Positions 37,793 to 48,800 of a DNA stretch of 64,000 bases are shown here, piece by piece. The DNA comes from Vicugna vicugna. Its lineage: Eukaryota. The stretch is from NCBI GenBank assembly GCA_013265495.1, contig MU058065.1, forward strand, positions 10,085,720 to 10,149,719, written 5' to 3'. Under the pieces are notes generated by a model, which was not told where the DNA came from, ran no database searches, and worked only from the letters and a program-made list of their open reading frames with translations. Numbering within the stretch: position 1 is the first letter of the stretch; each line of letters starts with the position of its first letter. Both the position numbers and the translations under genes were made by a program.

Positions 37793-38100
37793 CAGGAACA
37801 GCTATATAATTCGTGGCACCCAGTGCAAAATGAAAATACAGCCCCTTGTCCAACTATCAGCAAAAATGTTTCATTAAAGGTATCAAAATATAAACCTTTT
37901 TCTTTGTTTTCATGATCTGAGTTTTTTATTTGCTATTTGCTATTATTTTAAGTAAAAAAATAAACACTTAAAGTATTAGCATGCATTTTACTGTTCATTT
38001 TATATTGTACAATGCCTGTTTTAAATGCAAACTTGGGAGCATTTAATTTATAGGCAGATTCACTGAAATTACACAATTCAATTTTTTATTCCTCATGCAC
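37793..38100. mobile_element. MER45B/C/R-like hAT-Tip100 element
   Basis: Starts caggaacagctatataattcgtggcacccagtgcaaaatgaaaatacagccccttgt, sharing its terminal motif with the MER45A at 36331. Confidence 0.65.
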
Positions 38101-39189
38101 TCTTACTAGTCATTTCTTCCTCTGTTCCCCCTTTATATCTTGATATACCTCTGTGCAAGGAATTTGTCCCAGAATTACACAGGATAAAGTCAAGATATAA
38201 TTTAAACAATAATGTGTTGAGAAGTATGGAGAGCTCACTAATATTGTCCTGGAAAATCTTTTTTTTTCCTTCCAGTCTTTCTTAAATCTTCATTAGCTGT
38301 GATTCCATAGTAAAAGAAGCTTCCCCAGAGAACAGAAATATTGGTTTCCTTTTAAAAATTCCATGACAGCACATAGTATTGTTTATAAAAATCATTTAAG
38401 ACATCCAAAAAAAAGACATACAACACTTTCTGAGTGTGCTTAATATTTAGGTAATGTGATCAATAATGGAAACTGCATTCCTATGAAGGTAATTCAATTT
38501 GGAGAAGAGGAATTTTAATTATTTATGGGCTAGATAAATGAGACTGGAACCTATTTTTTATAAAAGTAGAATACACTTTTTGTGAATTTCTTTTACAGGT
38601 CTCAAAAATAATGAGCTACATACATTTCTCACCAGTTATACGAATCAAAAACTTATGCGAGTTTTCCCAGCTTCAGAGCTACCTACTTAATTTCCAAGTA
38701 CATTCTTAGTGTATATATCACTTCTATTGTACTTCATTAATGGAAAATAGACCTGTGTTTATTAAACACAAACCATAATAATTTTAGTAGAAATAAGGTT
38801 TATGAATATAACCTTTCGAGAAATATTTTAAGTTATATTATTTGGAAGGAATTATTGACATTCCACTCTTTATCTTAAGAAAGGCAATAAAGTACAATAA
38901 TTTTCTGTTTATAGATCAGTACTGCTTATTACTGAACTAATATAGATCATATTTGTATGCTTTTTTTTTTTTTACTAAGTTTGGAAGAGAGACTATATTT
39001 GAGCGAGCACGTATCTTAAGTAAAAAATATTCTTCGTTTTATTGGTCAAAAAAGAAATCCTTTTAAGAGGTGTTTCACAACCAATGACAAATCCTTTCTT
39101 TTTCGAGTAACAGTTCAATGATTTTTCTATAGGAAATCATAATTTTCAACTTGTCATTTCATATGATGGGAGGAGCAAGTGTTTGAACT

Positions 39190-39563
39190 AGATGAGTCAG
39201 ATTTATTCCTTCCCCACAGCCACACTGGTTGGTTCAGTGTTAATCAAGTGACTCATTTGGAATGAGGAAGAATCAAGCTCAGAACACTTGTTGGAAATAT
39301 TGGGAGATAGACGTGTGTGGTCTTAATGGTGTCCGTTAATAATTAAAATGAAATCTTACTGTGTGAGGCCAACACAGAGTTTGAGAATGAAGTCAAGGGA
39401 AGAAAAAAGGGAATTGTACGCTGATGACTTTATGGAAATTTTCAGTTATATGAGCTAATAAAGCCCAACCTCTCCCACCCACTTAACTTTTCATTTATCC
39501 TTTTTTTGCTTAAGCAAGTTTGAGATTGTTTTTGTCACTTACAATTGAAAGTGCCCTGAATAT
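39190..39563 (+). mobile_element. Old MaLR LTR (MLT1J/K/L-like)
   Basis: ttttcagttatatgagctaataaa ... tttgcttaagcaagtttgagattgttttt gtcacttacaattgaaagtgccctga. Confidence 0.55.
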
Positions 39564-40704
39564 TGTACCAGCACCTACACATGAATACTAGACACAGTTT
39601 ATTTTCTTTCCTTGAAGTGTTTATGGATAAATATACAGATATATTTGTCATTATAATTTTTTTTTACAAAATTACATGGTATTTAAGACAATTATATGTT
39701 AAATTATATGGCTTTTCCCCTCCTATATAGCTTTAAATCATATGGTATATTGATAGAAAAACATAGGTATATTCTCAAAGAACTTTTCATTACTAAAAGA
39801 ACAAAAGTATTAATCTATCTTTCAATTTAATGCAAGAAAGGCAAGAAAAAAAACATAGAACAATAGATAAACACAATAAAGAACAAGGCAATATAAATAA
39901 TCAATCAAGAAGATAGAAAAAGACCTAACATATCAATGGTAAAATAATATAAATGGCTTAACATTTCCCACAAAAGGAAAACACTTCATAATGGAGACAT
40001 TTCATTTTGTTAGTTTCGAAAAGATTTAAAAATATCAGTGTTGTTAGAGGTTCAATGTTTATCATTCCTGTGCTGCTGTAGAAGAAATTGAAATAGTTTT
40101 AACCTTTCCAGAGGACATTTGGTAAAGACTATTGTGATCTAGAGGTATGACATATTTTATTTTAAATCTCATTCTCCTTTTACCCTGAATTTGGGGACAA
40201 CTTTTTAAAGCTATACTCTATTCTATAGATTTAATTTTGGTTGGTATCATTTCTAACCTTTATGAACATGGGTCCTATAGCCAAAGTGCAGAACTCTGAA
40301 GGGCAAAGCATATTTGGTATGTAATTTTATATCCACGAAAACTAGAAAATGGTTTTCATGTAGGGCATTATAAATAGCTATTTTGATGCTAATATTTTAG
40401 ACACATGTGATTTATGTAAATAAAATATTTAGTCCATTATCTTAAATAACTCACTCATAAAACACAGTTTTGCTCAAGACAAAAATCAGATGTATTGGTG
40501 GGTTTGAGATGTGCCATTTTCAGAATAGAGTTAAATAAACCACTATTTTAATGTGATATTTATGTGAACTTAGCAGAAAATTTTAGCATTGGAAGTGAGA
40601 AAAATATTAATAGTTACTCTATTTTAATTACAATGTGTAAGACATTCTACTAAAAAGAACATATTTTCTTATTTAATTTTCTGATAAGTATATGTAATTA
40701 TCAT

Positions 40705-41125
40705 TGTGTTGGTTCACAACCTTGAGAGCTTCCCCAGGTGAAATCTGACACTAGCCCCTGCACACAGAGGGCAGGGAGAAACTGAACAAAGAGGCAGACA
40801 GACCACTCCAGATTGTTAGGTGGCAAGTTGAAAAAAGCAAAGGAACATACAGAGGAGGCTCGTCTTGGGTGGCCACAAGACAAGTACATCTTTTCCCCTA
40901 CTTGCCAAATCTTAAAACTACGTAGACCTTAGCTAGAGTCAGTCATGTACGCTGTCTCAACACCTTACTCTTTCAAGACTATGTCCTCAGAACAGCTACC
41001 AATGGGAACCGAGGGCAGAATGACATTCCAAGGGCAGAGGAGAGCACAAGTAGCTACTGACTGCCAGTCCTGCTCATGGATGGGTCAACCAGCAGTCCCG
41101 TCCTCTCAATTACTCCTCCAATACA
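40705..41125. mobile_element. Solo LTR (ERV1-type by 4-bp TSD), family not recognised
   Basis: TG...CA ends with inverted termini tgtgttgg / ccaataca (7/8); exact TSD tcat at 40701-40704 and 41126-41129; sharp GC rise. Confidence 0.7.
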
Positions 41126-41129
41126 TCAT

Positions 41130-41590
41130 GCTTTGCATAGGAGAGTTGAGGTTTGGTAAGATGATATAACTCGTCCCTATCACGTGGCTGGAGGAGATGG
41201 AAATGGAAATAAACCCAATCATCTCGTTCTCAATTTTGTATCATGCTTGCAACCAATTTACAACACTATTATCCTGGCTCTGGAGAATTGATTGGATGAT
41301 TTTGCCATAGAAAAGGAAGAGATAGGGGTGTTGGCAATGAGACTTGACAGTAAGAATACAAGCATTTTTGAGCATGTATACTCAGAGTATCATGTTATGT
41401 GCTTATGCAATTAGCTTAATTAATAACCACAACCCTACTTATGAGCTGTGGTCTCCCATTATCTCATTAGTTTGAGGGAAAAGAAAGCACAATTTAAGGA
41501 GATCATACAGTTTTTCTAAGGTCAGACAAGTAGATTTGAAGCCAGGCTTTGTACCAAGATTGCCTGACAACAGAGCTTATACACTTGACT
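41130..41590 (-). mobile_element. Two MIR fragments
   Basis: ggagagttgaggtttggtaagatgatataactcgtcc; ttaataataaccacaacccta ... tctaaggtcagacaagtagatttgaagccagg. Confidence 0.5.
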
Positions 41591-42109
41591 ACCATGTGAA
41601 GCTGCTTCAGAGGAAGTTAAATTTGAGATAAGTATTAACAAATAAACAAGGGACAATAAAATAGACACAGGTAAGGAGGAAGCTATTCCAGGCAGTGTAA
41701 ATAGCACATGGTGATGAAGATGTGTTATTAAAATAGCAAATGCCTGATTTTCCACAGAAATGTATGATAAATTAACAGGAATACATGTAGATCAACATCA
41801 CTCTTTGTGAACAGAATAATATTATTATGGTAATAGAAATACAATTAAGAATAGGTTAATCATTTCAATAAAATGTTAATTGATATTTGTCACAATAGGA
41901 TGATAACACTTTTTAAAATCAGTTTTGCAAAAGTCAATCAATGCCCCAAGTGTCTCCCCTGGCAAAAGAACATAAATATTATTGAGTGAAACAAAACATA
42001 ATGTTTAATTTACTTCACTTGTTTAATATTTTAAACTACTCAATATGCATTTTTTAGTGTTATTTGTAGCTCTGTTGTATTTGTATTTCATATACTCCAT
42101 TAAGCCCCT

Positions 42110-43980
42110 ATTTCTGTGCTAATACAGTAGCCTCTAGCCACATATGGCTATTAGACATTTGAATTCTCACCAGTTAAATCAGTTAAATGGGACCAGGAAC
42201 ATAATTTTGAATTTTATGCAGTTTTAATAAATTGAAATGTAAAAACTGAAGCAGTGAAAAACCATTTTTTCTTTAAATACAACTTTATTGTTTCGGTAAG
42301 ACTATATGTTCCTTTAACCTTTGAATCACATAAAATATTATTGTAGTGTACACTGGGTATGTGCATAATTTTTAGTATTTCATGTAAATACTCAGCTGAT
42401 CTAGTTGGTGTTAACAGATTGATTCTGTTTGAGTAATTATTTCTGCACACTGATGGGACATTGTAATATATTTAATTAGACATTTTATGTAGAGAGTTTT
42501 ATATATATAATAATTAATTTAGAAAAACTATGCACTACTGATGCATAATTAAGTGGAGATGCAAAAACTGATCATTATAACTGGAAAAAAAATAAAAAAG
42601 AGACTAGTAGGAGGTATGTCACAAAGCTAGTGATGAATGTCTGTGCAATTGGCAGCTGTGATGCAGGAAAATGGATGTGAGCGTGAGAAAGTTCATGTCC
42701 CAGGCTTCGGCTGAGCCCCTGGGACGTGCCCCGCCAAGTGTGGGTCCTTGGCTTCACGCAGGAAAGAATTCAAAAGCAAGCCACAGTTGAGTGAAGGTAG
42801 ATTTATTCAGAGAGATACACTGAAAGGCAAGAGAAAGGCCACGAGGTGTGGGGGTTGGGTGCTCAGATTAAAAGTAGGTACACATTCCATAGACAGAATG
42901 TCGACCGTCTCCAAAGAGGGAGAGAGAGGGGCTGCCTTGAGGCGCTGTGTTGTTGGTTTTTATGGGCTTGGTGGCTTCATATGCTAATAAGTGGAAGGAC
43001 CAGTCTAAGCAGCCTGGGGAAGGGGCTGGGATTCCCAGAAAGTTGCCCATTTCCCACTTTTTGACCTCTTGTGGCTAGCCTTGGGACTGCCACAGTGCCT
43101 GTGGGCGTGTTAGTCACCAAGTTAATATATTACAATGAGCGTATAACAAAGCTCAAATTCTACTAGAAGTTAATCTCTCATCATCCTAAGCCTCAAGGCC
43201 TACTGGGGGTTGAATTTTTCACCATTTTGATGTTAATTGCTGTAGCATTCCTTGAATGGCTGTGCACTGTCCTCTTCCTGTCTCAAGACAAGAACTATAA
43301 TAATCTCGTCCTTTGTCAATGCTTATTGATGGAACTATGGAAAAGTTTTACAATGAATTACTATGCCGTTGTTTTCATTTCAAGAGTTTCTTACCACAAA
43401 TGAAGTGATTACAAAATATTCAAAGAAAATGGCAGCATAGCTTATTCTCTCACTGGTTATCACACTATACAGAAACAAGATACTTTCAAAGCTCCAAGGA
43501 AAGGAAGGCTTATTGGTCATCTAGACAGATAAGTATGAGAATTTATGTTGAATTTAATGTTTTTCATAATACAAGTCAATAGTAAAGATTTTACATTTTC
43601 TACTATGAATCTATGTGCAGGAAATATAAACTGTAGTCAAGTGTTATATAAAATTGACTGCAAAAACTACAGGAGAAATTTAAAGAATAGTTTTTGATAT
43701 TAATACATTGAGAATTGCTTTTCAACTTAACACTCTGAATTCAGTATTAATAATATTAAGTTGACACAAGAGTTAGTGATGTAGGTTTGAAACTAATATA
43801 TTTTTGCCTCACAGCAAAAGCAATTATTTTAAAGAAGATGGTAATATTTTGAATATGTTAGGTTTAATAAAATACATTATTTAATTTAATTTCATATATT
43901 TCTTTTTCACTGTGGCTACTAGAAAATTTTAAATTGTATGTGTTCCTCACATTATATTTACATTGAATGGTGCTACCCTA
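42110..43980. mobile_element. Charlie1-type hAT DNA transposon remnant, interrupted by an LTR
   Basis: Left end gtagcctctagccacatatggctatt; right end tgtggctactagaaaattttaaattgtatgtg...cacattatatttacattgaatggtgcta (Charlie1/MER3/MER33-type termini). Confidence 0.7.
42659..43285 (-). mobile_element. MER41-like ERV1 solo LTR
   Basis: Minus strand starts tgagacaggaag and ends ttttcctgcatca; AATAAA on minus (tttatt near 42802); homologous to the LTR at 46898-47461; no clear TSD. Confidence 0.8.
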
Positions 43981-46257
43981 CACAAGCTGAAGAAAGTCTT
44001 ACTGCTCTTCTAAAATTGCCAATGAATGGATTCTTTTCCCTTTTATACTTGATTGGAAAGTCAAACAGAATTGTGCAAATTCCTTTTCTTTCTTACTACT
44101 TTTAAATATTCACTAAGCAGGAAGAGTCATTATATAGCTCCATCTCAGTAGTGAATAGTCATTCTTTGGACTTTTTCAAAGTACAGCACACAAAAATACA
44201 GACTGAACAATATGACACATTAGGAGGTTGGAAAAACTCCATGTTTATTTATATGTGGAATTACCATAATTGCTTAAGGTCATTTTTGTTAGGTTGTCTA
44301 ATTCTCCTGTGGATCCGTTTTCACATTTTAATCTTTCTGCACCTTATTACTTAACTCTTTCAAATCTGTTTTCTAAATTGTGGTTTTACTTTCCCATTTT
44401 ATCTGCTTTTACCTCATTAAAATTCCTCCATCTATTTTGTTTTTAGAATTTAGGCAAATTGTGTTGATGTGAAGATTATGAGATACAACAAGGGAGCATT
44501 TTGTAAATGTACTAGTGGCTACATGTTTGCCTAAATTGTCAAGTGAGTTAAATGTACACATCTGCTTGCTTTGCGAAACTCATAGGAAGTCTCAGAGGGT
44601 GCTATTCAGAACCTGATTTCTATTTTTCTTTTCACTTTTGCAGAAGTTTTTTGAAGCAGTCAACAAAGCTCCCTCTCTCTTTGTATGTGTAATGATACTT
44701 TTCCACTTTGCAATAAGCGAATACATTGGTGGAAAACCATTTTACTCAGCTATATTTTTCTTAGCTAAAGACACAATAGTTTCTTTCACTCATTTTAAAT
44801 CTAAAAGGACACCATATTTATACTTATTTTATATCAGTACACCTCTTCTGCTGGCCAGGTTACCCATTTCAACCCACCACTTTACTATATTGAGCAATTT
44901 TTCCCAGATTAAAGATTCACAATTGGAAACCACCTTGAAAGTGTGTTTACCTATCGTTGTGCTCACTCACTCCTTTGTTTCCTTTTTTTTGTTGTTGTTT
45001 GTTTGTTTGACTTCAACGTCCAGTCGATTTTTGACGGGTATCATGCTGCTCAATATTGCAGTTTTGCCCTGAGTGTGTGGAAAGGTGACAATTTAAGGTC
45101 ACTCATCTTGCTTTCAATTGTCTTCAGCTTATAAGTGGCCAGCCTGGCCAATATATACTTCACACACACATACAATTTATACAATTCAAATCTTCTTGGA
45201 TCCTCTTGTATTGGCCTATGGTCATTGATTTCCAATTATGAAACGTTTCTCCACCTGAAAACATGCGTTGCAAAACCAAACCGACACATGGGAATTTTAG
45301 GCAGAGCTTCTGCAGGAGGTCCCTTAACATTCTCTGTTTGAAGCCTTGGGGATGCATTAAATAACATCCACAAGCCATTTCTGAAACAAGTGCTATTTTG
45401 AGAGTAACCAAATGACTGCCCTCAAATAGTTTCATTTAATAAGAGTATGCAAATTTTAATTACGTTTCAAAGGAGACTATGCCTAGAGTTCTGAGAGAAA
45501 TAACAACCATAGCGGTATTTGCATTTGCATAGTACTTGCTAATCAAGATTTTAAAGTATGTGAATAAATACCATTGTGTTTGTCCAGATAAATTCCTGAA
45601 AAGAAGCATCTGAATAACATTACCAGAGGAGCTAGTTTTATCTGTTTATTCTCTGTATTTGTTAAAGAGAGATTTTCTTTTCCTTGTGGGTCTCAGAAGC
45701 TGAATCATTCTGCCTATCAATAAAGAAGAAAAATAATTGTGTCAAGTTTCATAAAGTAATAGAAAATATTTACTGTCAGTATCTTTCCATTTATAGTCAT
45801 AATAAAATCATTAGACAATAATACACTTATAAGTGTTTGTTACAGAATGTATTTGATTTCAATCTTTGAGCTTTCTTTCTGCTCAAAACTGATGTTTACT
45901 AGCTGCTTTCAAATTTTAGTTGAAAGAACATTATTCTGAAATCTGTACTGATAGTTTTGTACTCTCTGTAGTTTTGTGACCTCCTCAGGCAGGTCATTAT
46001 GCTCTAACTTGTGATTCATTCTATCATTTCATTAATATAACTACTATATTTCTACAATTACAGTAAAATCATGGCAGAGTCCTCTCCCTGTTAGACTTTG
46101 GATCATCTCTTTATATCCAATTTATTCTTATGAATATAGGAACATTCTGAACTATTTTAGTTGGATATTATTTTCTCAAATATACTAAAGAAAAATAACA
46201 TTTAGTCACAAATGCTGCCATAATCCACCATATGCATGAAGATATGTGGTTGAGCCA

Positions 46258-46743
46258 TGTCGACTGAGATAAATGCACAGCCTAAAAGTTGAGAGTTATG
46301 TTTTACTTGGTGGACATTTCTGAGGACTTGAGCCTGGGATGACAGCCTCTCAGATTGCCCTGAGGGACTGCTCCAAAGACATGGGGAGGAGCTAGGATAT
46401 ATAGGAGCTTTACAACAAAGACCAGGTAGTTGGAACATTGAAAGATTACTTTTAACTAAAGAAACTCAGGCATCTCAAGGTAAAGAATTTAGCACTTTTC
46501 TATGTACGGGAGGAAGCAAACATTTGAGCTCATTGAATTCATTCCTTTGACAAGCACCTAGCTATCTAGGGCCAGCATCCTGTCCTTTCTTATTCTGAGT
46601 CCTCTCAGAGTGCACCGCTGTGAGTGGCTGCAGAGTCTGGGCTGCAGGCTTGTCTTCAGTGGGGGATGGCGGCAGCTACTGATGACTTGATGGTTTCAGA
46701 CTTCTTTGTTTACTAATATGGTTTGCAATATTTTTCGTTCACA
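46258..46743 (-). mobile_element. ERV1-type solo LTR
   Basis: TG...CA ends (tgtcgactg ... cgttcaca), TSD gcca/acca; TATA-like cctatatatcc and AGTAAA on the minus strand. Confidence 0.75.
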
Positions 46744-46897
46744 ACCATAAAATGACATACCGAAAAAAGCAATCAGGAATAAACACTGATTTCTACTTTA
46801 ATAGCCTTTTTTTTCTCTTTCTTCCATTGTATTAACTCTAATTTCAAATTTGGGTACAAATCAATGTTGCTGATTGAGTAAGTTTTTTTGAAAGTGC

Positions 46898-47461
46898 TGA
46901 GACAGGAGGAATGAGAACAAGGCATAGCCTTTAAAGGAATGACACAGCAATTAGCACCAAGATGGCAGAAGATGCAAGTTTCAGTAGACCTTGAGGCCCA
47001 AGATGACAGGAAATTCAACTTCCAGTAGACCTTGAGCTTCATTATACACCCATTGTAATGTATTAGCATGATAAATGGCATTCCCACAGGTGCCATGACA
47101 GTTCTGAGGCTAGCCTTAAATGCTAAAAAGTGGGTGCTAGTCCAGTTCCTGGGAATCTATACCCTTTTCCCCAAGTAGTGGGAATAATCCTCCCACTTGT
47201 TGGCATGTGAATTTACCAAGCCCACCAAAACTAGCAACAATACACACACATGGCCTCCTGATATCTCACCTTCGGAGATGGCCCACATTCTGTCTATAGA
47301 GTATGTATCTCTCTGAATAAATCTATATTTACTCAACTGGAGCTCACTCTTTAATTATTTCCTGTGCAAAGACAAACACCCTCACTTGGTAAGGCTCATT
47401 TTAAGGACTTGTCCAAGACCTGGGACACGGCCATCCTCTCGTGCCCCATTTCCCTATGTCA
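46898..47461 (+). mobile_element. MER41-like ERV1 solo LTR
   Basis: tgagacagg ... ctatgtca with exact TSD gtgc (46894-46897, 47462-47465); cccacaggtgccatgacagtt and ttctgtctatagagta resemble MER41; AATAAA near 47316; internal ~41-bp tandem duplication. Confidence 0.85.
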
Positions 47462-48239
47462 GTGCCTAGCATATTACTTATCTTTGTTGTTTGGCTAAAC
47501 AACAAATGTGAGTGTTTACTCTCACAGAATAAAAATTGAAATTTGCTTCTTGGGGTTTAAACTGCTGGACTGTAATTAATTTCAGAGCAAAGAGAGACAT
47601 CATAACACAGATATTTATCTCTGTATAATGAATCACTTTATACCTAATTACTTTGAAAGTAGTCATGATGATCTTTGAGGAAACTGGAAGACAGGAAAAG
47701 TTATGGAAGATTGCAATAGAAAAAATATCCTCATTTGTGAAATGAGGACTCAGGAAACAATATATGGATTATAGAATAGATTTTAAAAGGAGGCTTTGTA
47801 AGCACCTGTACAGATTGGAGAGCATTCTTCAAATTGCCAAGGTGTGTCAGGACCTTATGGGCAGCTACAAATTGGAAAAATTTCTCCTCACATCCCCCTG
47901 ATGACCCAACATTTAAGTAGCATGTATACCTGGTGGGAAATTATTACATGTAATAAAAAATATTACTACTTGAAGTTCTTACAGATACATTCAGTGAGAT
48001 AAAGTCTGAAGTCACTGTCGAATGTGCTGGCAAGGCAATTTGGACATATCTACGTTCTTTCTCCTCGGTCTTAGACACCATGATCAGAGATACAGGGATG
48101 AGCTGTGACTAGAAACTAGGAGAAAGAAACTCAAAACTAATGATGCCAGGGTAGGAAGATTAAAAACCTCTATACTCTGCATTTTGGAGGTGTTGCACCT
48201 CCTTCAAATGCCCACCACGTATCTTGTTGATTGTTAGCC

Positions 48240-48380
48240 AACACAGGTTTTAGTGTTCAAGATACTAAATGTGAGATAATAATATGATGTGATCTCCCAC
48301 AAAAGCTAATGGTAATTTAGTCTGTATTAACATAATCATAATATTAAGCACCAGAAAATGTTCTAGTGCTCTGGGTTGCA
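48240..48380 (+). mobile_element. CR1/L3 fragment
   Basis: atatgatgtgatctcccacaaaagctaatggtaatttagtctgtattaa resembles the CR1 RT-region consensus. Confidence 0.45.
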
Positions 48381-48406
48381 TTAATTAAATCTGTTAATTA
48401 CGTTGT

Positions 48407-48800
48407 TTTTATTTAAATTTTACCATTTTTATGGTAAGAACACAACATGAAACTTACCCTTGTAGTACATTTTTCAGTGTGCAGTACTGTATGTTAACTG
48501 TAGGCATAATATACATAGGTATAGGTATACAGGTACAACACAGCAGATTTCTAGAGTTTATTCATAGGCCTTAACTGAAACTTTATGCTCATTAGTGAAC
48601 AGCTCTTCACTAACCCTCCTCCCAGCCACTGGCAATGATTTCAGACTTTGATTCTATGAATTTGACTCTTTTGGATACCTTATATAATGGAAATCATGAA
48701 GTATTTGTTACTTTCTTGTGACTGACTAATTTGACTTAGCATAATGCCGTCAAGTTTGATCCGTGTTGTCACATATTCCAGAATTTCCTTCTTTTTAAAG
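48407..48800 (-). mobile_element. L1MA-type 3' end
   Basis: ggtaagaacacaacatgaaacttaccc ... taactgaaactttat ... gacttagcataatgccgtcaagtttgatcc ... agaatttccttctttttaaag. Confidence 0.8.

Noticed and set aside
38580..38710. Strong plus-strand acceptor with a short open frame (GLKNNELHTFLTSY...)
   Set aside because: No good donor, early stop, unrecognised peptide.
42659..47461. The two MER41-like LTRs as ends of one provirus
   Set aside because: Opposite orientations, the second has its own TSD, and no PBS or gag/pol/env is visible between them.
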